Assembly: GCA_965227515.1 (NCBI GenBank)
Contig: CBDDFZ010000002.1
Span: 512,001 to 576,000 of the forward strand
Reading direction: 5' to 3'
Source: Alphaproteobacteria bacterium
GTDB taxonomy: Bacteria; Pseudomonadota; Alphaproteobacteria; CALKHQ01
DNA length: 64,000 nt
In this document: one piece after another, positions 56,870-64,000 of the stretch
How positions within the stretch are numbered: position 1 is the stretch's first letter
Layout: every line of letters starts with the position of its first letter
Program-made: the position numbers and the translations under genes
The notes under the pieces: model-generated
The model's database searches: none
What the model was told of the DNA's origin: nothing
Seen by the model: only the letters and a program-made list of their open reading frames with translations

Positions 56870-58131
56870 GTCGCGGGTTCCTCGATCTCGGCAGAAACAG
56901 TGGTTGCGGCCTGCACGAGCGGTGCAAGCCGGTTGAATGCGGGCTCCAGCACGCTGGGCGGGTCGACCAGCGCGATGCGGACGAACCGTCCGCCGACGGT
57001 GCCGCCCGGGTCCTGGCCATAGGTCATGTAGCCGCCCGGCATCAGTTTCACCGCCGCCTCGCGCCAGGCGCGCGCGGCGAACGCCTCGCCATCGCCGACG
57101 TCCAGCCACAGGAAGAAGCCGCCATCGGGCTGCGTCGGTACTGCCGCGGCACCCAGCGTCTGGCGGGCGAGTTCGAAATTGGCGGCATAGAACGCGCGGT
57201 TGTCGGCCACATGCGCCTCGTCGCGCCACAGGGCGGCGGCGGCATCCTGCAACGGCCCCGGCGTCGGGCTGCCGGCAAAGCCGCGCAGCAGTTGCATCAG
57301 CCCGACCAGGTCGGCGTCGCCGGCGATGAAGCCGGAGCGCAGGCCGGCGGCATTCGACCGCTTGGACAGCGACTGGAACATCAGCACGTTGCGCATGTCC
57401 GGGTTGGTGGCGGCGCAGACCTCGGCGAGCCCGATGGGCGGCGGACGGTCGGGTGGGTAGAGTTCGGAGTAGACCTCGTCGGCGACCAGCACGAAATTGT
57501 GCTGCAGCGCCAGGTGCACCGCGCGCTCCAGGGCGGCGAACGAGCCCACCGCGCCCTGGGGGTTGGCGGGCGAGCACAGATAGGCGGCGCAGGCGCGGGC
57601 CAGCGTTTCTTCCGGCAGGCGCCCGAAATCGGGGATGAAGCCGGTGTCGGGGCCGGCCGGCACGAACACCGGCTCCGCGCCCGCCATCAGGGCGGCGGCG
57701 CGGTAGACGTGATAGGCGGGGTCGGGCATCAGCACGACCGGGCGGCCGCCGTCGACGAAGTCCTTCTCCACCGCCATCTGCGCGATCAGGAACAGCGGCT
57801 CGCGGGTGCCGGAGACCGGCAGCACGTGGGCGTCCGGGTCGATCATGCCGGCTGGCAGCCCGAACCGCCGGCTCAGCCAGTCGGCGCAGGCGAGCCTGAG
57901 ATCGCGCTTGCCGCCGATCAACGGGTAGCGGCCCCATTCGTCGAACGCGGCCTCGATCGCGTCGGCGATCAGGCGCGGCGGCGGCCGGCGCGGCTCGCCG
58001 ATGGACAGGATCGCGGGCTCGGCGCCGGGCAGCGGCGGCACGTCGGCCAACAGCGCGTTCAGGCGCGAGAACGGGTAGTCGCGCAGTGCTGCGACCACCG
58101 GGCGGTCGACAAGGCGTCGGCCCTTGATCAC
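56866..58131 (-). CDS. PLP-dependent aminotransferase class I/II (DapC/DapL-like)
   Basis: [32 protein letters not shown]...GLRSG. Confidence 0.92.
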   Translation of the reverse strand: MIKGRRLVDRPVVAALRDYPFSRLNALLADVPPLPGAEPAILSIGEPRRPPPRLIADAIEAAFDEWGRYPLIGGKRDLRLACADWLSRRFGLPAGMIDPDAHVLPVSGTREPLFLIAQMAVEKDFVDGGRPVVLMPDPAYHVYRAAALMAGAEPVFVPAGPDTGFIPDFGRLPEETLARACAAYLCSPANPQGAVGSFAALERAVHLALQHNFVLVADEVYSELYPPDRPPPIGLAEVCAATNPDMRNVLMFQSLSKRSNAAGLRSGFIAGDADLVGLMQLLRGFAGSPTPGPLQDAAAALWRDEAHVADNRAFYAANFELARQTLGAAAVPTQPDGGFFLWLDVGDGEAFAARAWREAAVKLMPGGYMTYGQDPGGTVGGRFVRIALVDPPSVLEPAFNRLAPLVQAATTVSAEIEEPAT

Positions 58132-58305
58132 CGGGCGATCCGCCCCTGCGGTGTGTTGGTGGCGTTGTGAGGGGGCACTGTGCAGGTCCCAGGCTGCGGC
58201 AACGACTCAATAAACCAGCCTACAGCATTGTCATAATGGGCAAACTAATCAACGCAGAGTTGGGTTGTGTTGGTTTTCGCCGGCTCCACGTGAGCTACCG
58301 CGAAC

Positions 58306-58341
58306 AAAAAAGTGGCCCGGAGGGGCGATCCCCGCCGGGCC
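58306..58341 (-). terminator. Rho-independent terminator of glnK-amtB
   Basis: Minus strand GGCCCGGCGGGGATCGCCCCTCCGGGCC followed by ACTTTTTT. Confidence 0.75.
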
Positions 58342-58406
58342 TGTAGTTGCCGGATGCAGTGAACAAGCTGGATGGCCGCCTACGTGGCGGCCATCCGTAA
58401 GCCCCG

Positions 58407-59873
<1,467 letters not shown>

Positions 59874-59919
59874 CTTTCAGATCCCGTGCATGTCTTGAAT
59901 GCGCAAACGCGCGCGTTTC

Positions 59920-60381
<462 letters not shown>

Positions 60382-60468
60382 CTAGGCGCTGCGCCAATGC
60401 GCGCGTTGCAGGTTGGCGGCTTTCGCGGGACGCTGCGGGTGCGGAACGGCCTCACAGGGCCGTGAAGA

Positions 60469-60509
60469 TGCCTAATTGTTAGGCAGAAAAATTGCACAAT
60501 AATTGTGCA
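60469..60509. promoter_or_regulatory. Tandem NtrC-binding sites
   Basis: TGCCTAATTGTTAGGCA (60469-60485) and TGCACAATAATTGTGCA (60493-60509), about 110-150 bp upstream of the sigma54 site. Confidence 0.8.
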
Positions 60510-60588
60510 TGATTGCGAATTGGGCACTGGTAGCGACGATGCGCGACGCCAACGCCAGGATGCCAAGTAGGACGCCAAGTAGGATGAC

Positions 60589-61851
60589 GTGATGGAGCAG
60601 CGCTACGATGTCGCCGTGGTCGGCGGCGGTCTGGTCGGGCTGACGCTGGCGGCGGCGCTGGGCCGCGTCGGCGTGCGGGTGGCGCTGATCGAGCAGCGGC
60701 CGCTGGAGGCGATGGTCGACCTGTCCTATGACGGCCGGACCACGGCGGTCGCCCATGGCGCGCAGTGTGCGCTGGCCGGCATCGGGGCGTGGCCGCGGAT
60801 CGCCGACCATGCCTGCCCCATCCTGGATATCCGGGTGTCGGACGGCCGCATGGACGGCACCACCTCCCCCTTGTTCCTGCACTACGACCACACGGCGGTC
60901 GGCGACCAGCCGATGGGCCATATCGTCGAAAACCGCTGGCTGCGGCGCGGCTTGATGGACCATCTGGCCGAGATCGAGGCGGTGACCATCCTGTCGCCGC
61001 GTCAGGTGGCGGACGTGAGCGAGGATGCAGGCGGCGCGGCGGTGAGCCTGGACGACGGCAGCACCGTGCGCGCCAGTGTCGTCGCGGCGGCCGACGGCCG
61101 GCAGTCGCCGATCCGCCACGCGCGCGGCGTCGCCACCTGGCACCACGCCTATCGCCAGACCGCATTGATCGCCGTCATCGGCCATGCCCGCCCGCACGGC
61201 AATGTGGCGCACGAACGCTTCCTGCCGGCCGGGCCGTTCGCGATCCTACCGATGGTCGATGACCCGACCGACGAAGAGGGGGCCGGCACGCCGCATCGCT
61301 CCTCTATCGTCTGGACCGAGTGCGCGGACCTGGCGGCACAACTGGTCGACGCCGACGACGCCGCGTTCCTGAGCGAGCTGCAGCGCCGCGTTGGCGATTT
61401 CCTGGGCGAGGTGTCGCTTGCCGGGCCGCGCCATGCCTATCCGCTCAGCCTGCATCTGGCAGGACGCTATGTCGACGGCCGGGTCGCCCTGGTCGGCGAG
61501 GCCGCGCACGGCATCCACCCGATCGCCGGCCAGGGCCTCAACATGGGCTGGCGCGACGCGGCGGCGCTGGCCGAGGCGGTGGTGGACGCACTGCGCCTGG
61601 GCCTCGACCCGGGGTCGCCGCACGCCCTCGCCGCTTATCAGGCGCGCCGGCGGTTCGATAACATGAGCCTGGCGACCGTGACCGACGTCCTCAACCGCCT
61701 GTTCTCCAACGATCTGACATCCGTGCGCCGGGTCCGCGACGTCGGCTTGGCGGTGGTCGACCGGCTGCCGGCGGTGAAACGCACCCTGATGCGCCACGCC
61801 ATGGGCGTGCTCGGCGACGTGCCGCGCCTGTTCCGTGGTGAAGCGCTGTAG
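60589..61851 (+). CDS. UbiH/UbiL/Coq6-family FAD-dependent ubiquinone hydroxylase
   Basis: VGGGLVG, DGRTTA, AADGRQS, ERFLPAGPFAILP, GEAAHGIHPIAGQGLNMG. Confidence 0.93.
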   Translation: MMEQRYDVAVVGGGLVGLTLAAALGRVGVRVALIEQRPLEAMVDLSYDGRTTAVAHGAQCALAGIGAWPRIADHACPILDIRVSDGRMDGTTSPLFLHYDHTAVGDQPMGHIVENRWLRRGLMDHLAEIEAVTILSPRQVADVSEDAGGAAVSLDDGSTVRASVVAAADGRQSPIRHARGVATWHHAYRQTALIAVIGHARPHGNVAHERFLPAGPFAILPMVDDPTDEEGAGTPHRSSIVWTECADLAAQLVDADDAAFLSELQRRVGDFLGEVSLAGPRHAYPLSLHLAGRYVDGRVALVGEAAHGIHPIAGQGLNMGWRDAAALAEAVVDALRLGLDPGSPHALAAYQARRRFDNMSLATVTDVLNRLFSNDLTSVRRVRDVGLAVVDRLPAVKRTLMRHAMGVLGDVPRLFRGEAL

Positions 61852-61953
61852 CTGAGGCCCTCTGGGCTTGCTTAAGGAAAACGCAACGCTGACGCTGCTA
61901 GGCTGTCACGGACGCCAGAAGTGCGTCTCGTGGCAGGTAGCAACGACGCGGCG

Positions 61954-62754
61954 ATGTTGGAATTCGACGCATTCAATATACCCAGCCTGGTCTCCGGCAT
62001 CGTTCGGCCGGCCGATGGCGCGCGTCCGGCGTCCGGCGGCAACGGGCCGGCTGACACGTCCGCGCCGCAGGCCGACGAGGCGGTGGTGCTGGACATCTCC
62101 GAGGCCGCGCGTGCCCGCGTCGGCGAGAGCCAGGGCGCCGGCAATGACCCGTCTCAGGGATCCGAGGGCGAGGAGGGGGCTGAGGATGCGGCGGCTTCGG
62201 CCGGGCCGCGGGGTACCGACGGCGAGCCTCTGAGCGAGGAAGAGCAGCAGGAAGTCAAGGAACTTGAGGCGCGCGACCGCGAGGTGCGGGCGCACGAGCA
62301 GGCCCACAAGGCGGCGGGCGGGCAATATGCCGGCTCGCCCAGCTACGACTACGAGACCGGGCCGGATGGCAAGCAATACGCCACCTCCGGCGAGGTCAAG
62401 ATCGACACCGCCGCCATCCCCAACGATCCGCAGGCCACCATCGAGAAGATGGAGACGGTCAAGCGCGCGGCGCTGGCGCCGGCCGAGCCCTCGTCGGCGG
62501 ACCGCCAGGTGGCGGCCAAGGCCGAACAGGCGATCCAGCAGGCCCGCCGCGAGTTGGCCGAAGAACGCATCGAAGGCAAGGGCGACGAGGCCAGCGAGGG
62601 CAGTTCCGATCCGCTGCAGGCGAACCAGCCTGGCGAACCGGGCCAACCTGGACTGGTTTCCGCCGACAATGCTCGTGCCGATGACGCCTACCGCGCATTG
62701 TCGCTGGTCGCGGGCGCCAACACGGACGGCCCGCGCCTCAGCATCTCGGCGTAG
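61954..62754 (+). CDS. SprA-related family protein (putative metalloprotease)
   Basis: RDREVRAHEQAH, GPDGKQYATSGEVKID, AALAPAEPSSADRQVAA. Confidence 0.85.
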   Translation: MLEFDAFNIPSLVSGIVRPADGARPASGGNGPADTSAPQADEAVVLDISEAARARVGESQGAGNDPSQGSEGEEGAEDAAASAGPRGTDGEPLSEEEQQEVKELEARDREVRAHEQAHKAAGGQYAGSPSYDYETGPDGKQYATSGEVKIDTAAIPNDPQATIEKMETVKRAALAPAEPSSADRQVAAKAEQAIQQARRELAEERIEGKGDEASEGSSDPLQANQPGEPGQPGLVSADNARADDAYRALSLVAGANTDGPRLSISA

Positions 62755-62803
62755 TGCCGCCGTTCCCCCTCATCAACACTGGTGCTTGCATCCAACCTCT
62801 ACC

Positions 62804-62888
62804 GTCATGCCCGCACTTGTTGCGGGCATCCACGTTTTGGCAACAGCTGATGAAAGTCGTGGATGGTCGGGACTAGCCCGACCATGAC
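62804..62888. repeat. CGTC-type palindromic repeat
   Basis: GTCATGCCCGCACTTGTTGCGGGCATCCACG...CGTGGATGGTCGGGACTAGCCCGACCATGAC. Confidence 0.85.
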
Positions 62889-62906
62889 GATGAAGATTGG
62901 CGGCGA

Positions 62907-63575
62907 CTACCCGCCAAGCCGCGCCTTGATGAACGCCAGCGCGGCGGCGGCACCCTCCGGGTCGATGCCGTGGGGCAAGCCGGGGCGGACCATCAGTTCC
63001 ACATCGAAGCCGGCGTTCTGCAGCGCCTCGTTGGCCATGATGCTGGCGCGGACCGGCACAACCGGGTCGGCATCGCCGTGGACCAGCAGCAGCGGCGGGC
63101 GGGCGGTCGCCTCGTCGATCAGGGTGTCGGCCGCCAGCAGCGCGCCGGAGAACCCCACCACCCCAGCGCAGGCGTTGGCGCGGCGTGGTGCGACATAGAG
63201 CGACATCATCGTGCCCTGGCTGAAGCCGACCAGCAGCAGCCGGTCGTCGGCGAGCCCGCGCGCGGCAAGCTGGGCATCGAGAAAGGCGTTGAGGGCTGGC
63301 GCGCTCGACTGGATGCCGGCCAGCATCGCGGGGCCCGACGTCTCCTGCAGGCTGAACCACTGATAGCCCATCGGCGCCATGTCGCACGGGAAGGGTGCGT
63401 TGGGCGCGGCCCAAGCGACACTCGGCAGGTCGGGCGCCCACTGGCTGGCGAGACCGATCAGGTCGTTGCCGTCGGCGCCGAGCCCATGCAGCAGCACCAC
63501 AAGCGCGTCGGCGTCTCCGCCGTTGTGCGGTTCCAGGGTGGGGCCGCTGAGTGTGGGGCCGTCTTGGTCGGTCAT
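62907..63575 (-). CDS. Phospholipase/carboxylesterase (alpha/beta hydrolase)
   Basis: LLHGLGADG, GFSQG, HGDADPVV, PHGI; ATG 63575. Confidence 0.92.
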   Translation of the reverse strand: MTDQDGPTLSGPTLEPHNGGDADALVVLLHGLGADGNDLIGLASQWAPDLPSVAWAAPNAPFPCDMAPMGYQWFSLQETSGPAMLAGIQSSAPALNAFLDAQLAARGLADDRLLLVGFSQGTMMSLYVAPRRANACAGVVGFSGALLAADTLIDEATARPPLLLVHGDADPVVPVRASIMANEALQNAGFDVELMVRPGLPHGIDPEGAAAALAFIKARLGG

Positions 63576-64000
63576 GATTTCTGCTTTCGTGTCGGTTTCG
63601 GTGGTGCCTTGGCCGGCGCGCGGTCGTCGAACTGCTTCTGGTTGCCCAGCCGATGATAGTAGTGCCACATCAGCATCGCCATGGGGCCGCGCCAGGGACG
63701 CCACGGCTCGGCGGCTGCGTCCATGGTGGCGCGGTCGGGCCGTTCGTCGAGGCCGAGCATGCGCTGCACGCCGACCCGCACCGCCAGGTCGTCGGCCGGC
63801 CAGATGTCGCGCCGGCCCATCGAGAACAGCAGGTAGATCTCGGCACTCCAGCGCCCGAAGCCCTTCAGCGCGGTGATGGCGGCGATGGCGTCGTCGTCGC
63901 CGAGCCGGTGCAGGCCATCGAGGTCGAGGCTGCCGCCGTCTACGGCTGAGGCCAGCCCGCAGCCATAGGCGAGCTTCTGCCGGCTGAGGCCCAGCAGGGC
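63572..64000 (-). CDS. alkA: DNA-3-methyladenine glycosylase II (HhH-GPD), 5' end outside the window
   Basis: GLSRQK, ITALKGFGRWSAEIYLLF, WPADDLAV, WRPWRG. Confidence 0.9.
   Translation of the reverse strand, partial: ALLGLSRQKLAYGCGLASAVDGGSLDLDGLHRLGDDDAIAAITALKGFGRWSAEIYLLFSMGRRDIWPADDLAVRVGVQRMLGLDERPDRATMDAAAEPWRPWRGPMAMLMWHYYHRLGNQKQFDDRAPAKAPPKPTRKQKS

Noticed and set aside
54443-58210. Apparent 1255-aa extended FtsK (similarly 31434-33428, 22506-24638, 37615-39447, 48084-49802, 17155-18759)
   Set aside because: The N-terminal extensions overlap real upstream genes in other frames; downstream starts, mostly at stop/start overlaps, fit the family N-termini.
60554-60587. Short GCCAAGTAGGA duplication upstream of the Ubi hydroxylase
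   Set aside because: Only two copies; probably a local slippage duplication with no evidence of function.

Overview
GC-rich chromosomal window from an alphaproteobacterium, probably Rhodospirillales-like. The assignment rests on an alpha-type LexA box, the ubi-hydroxylase/glnK-amtB/aminotransferase-ftsK arrangement and CGTC-type palindromic repeats. Left to right it contains: (i) an expanded srfABC locus with two SrfA paralogues, a membrane-anchored VWA protein and a downstream membrane protein, preceded by a 990-aa unknown membrane protein; (ii) an MFS/AraC pair, a HisD paralogue coupled to a kinase-fold gene, and hspQ; (iii) a TPP riboswitch in front of a Liv/HAAT-type ABC transporter; (iv) UxaA-family dehydratase and a frameshifted SDR; (v) an orphan three-gene phage/GTA virion-like module behind a perfect LexA box, divergent from a photolyase operon, then a flavodoxin-UbiA fusion, rbsK and a DsbA-family gene; (vi) a YcaO-TfuA (thioamidation) cluster with a papain-fold protein, a gluzincin peptidase and a protein ending in three TAGGAAG repeats, which is the best candidate for an undescribed peptide/protein-modification system; (vii) a cyclase-TPR gene, a sugar ABC transporter (one permease has a palindromic repeat in frame), SMP-30 lactonase, a 16-bp x8 tandem repeat, an M15 peptidase and secreted helical-repeat paralogues; (viii) housekeeping genes ftsK, aminotransferase, amtB, glnK (sigma54/NtrC sites), a Ubi hydroxylase, an SprA-related gene, an esterase and alkA. 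No rRNA, tRNA, CRISPR array or intact transposase/integrase was seen. All family calls come from motif recognition by eye, not from database searches.
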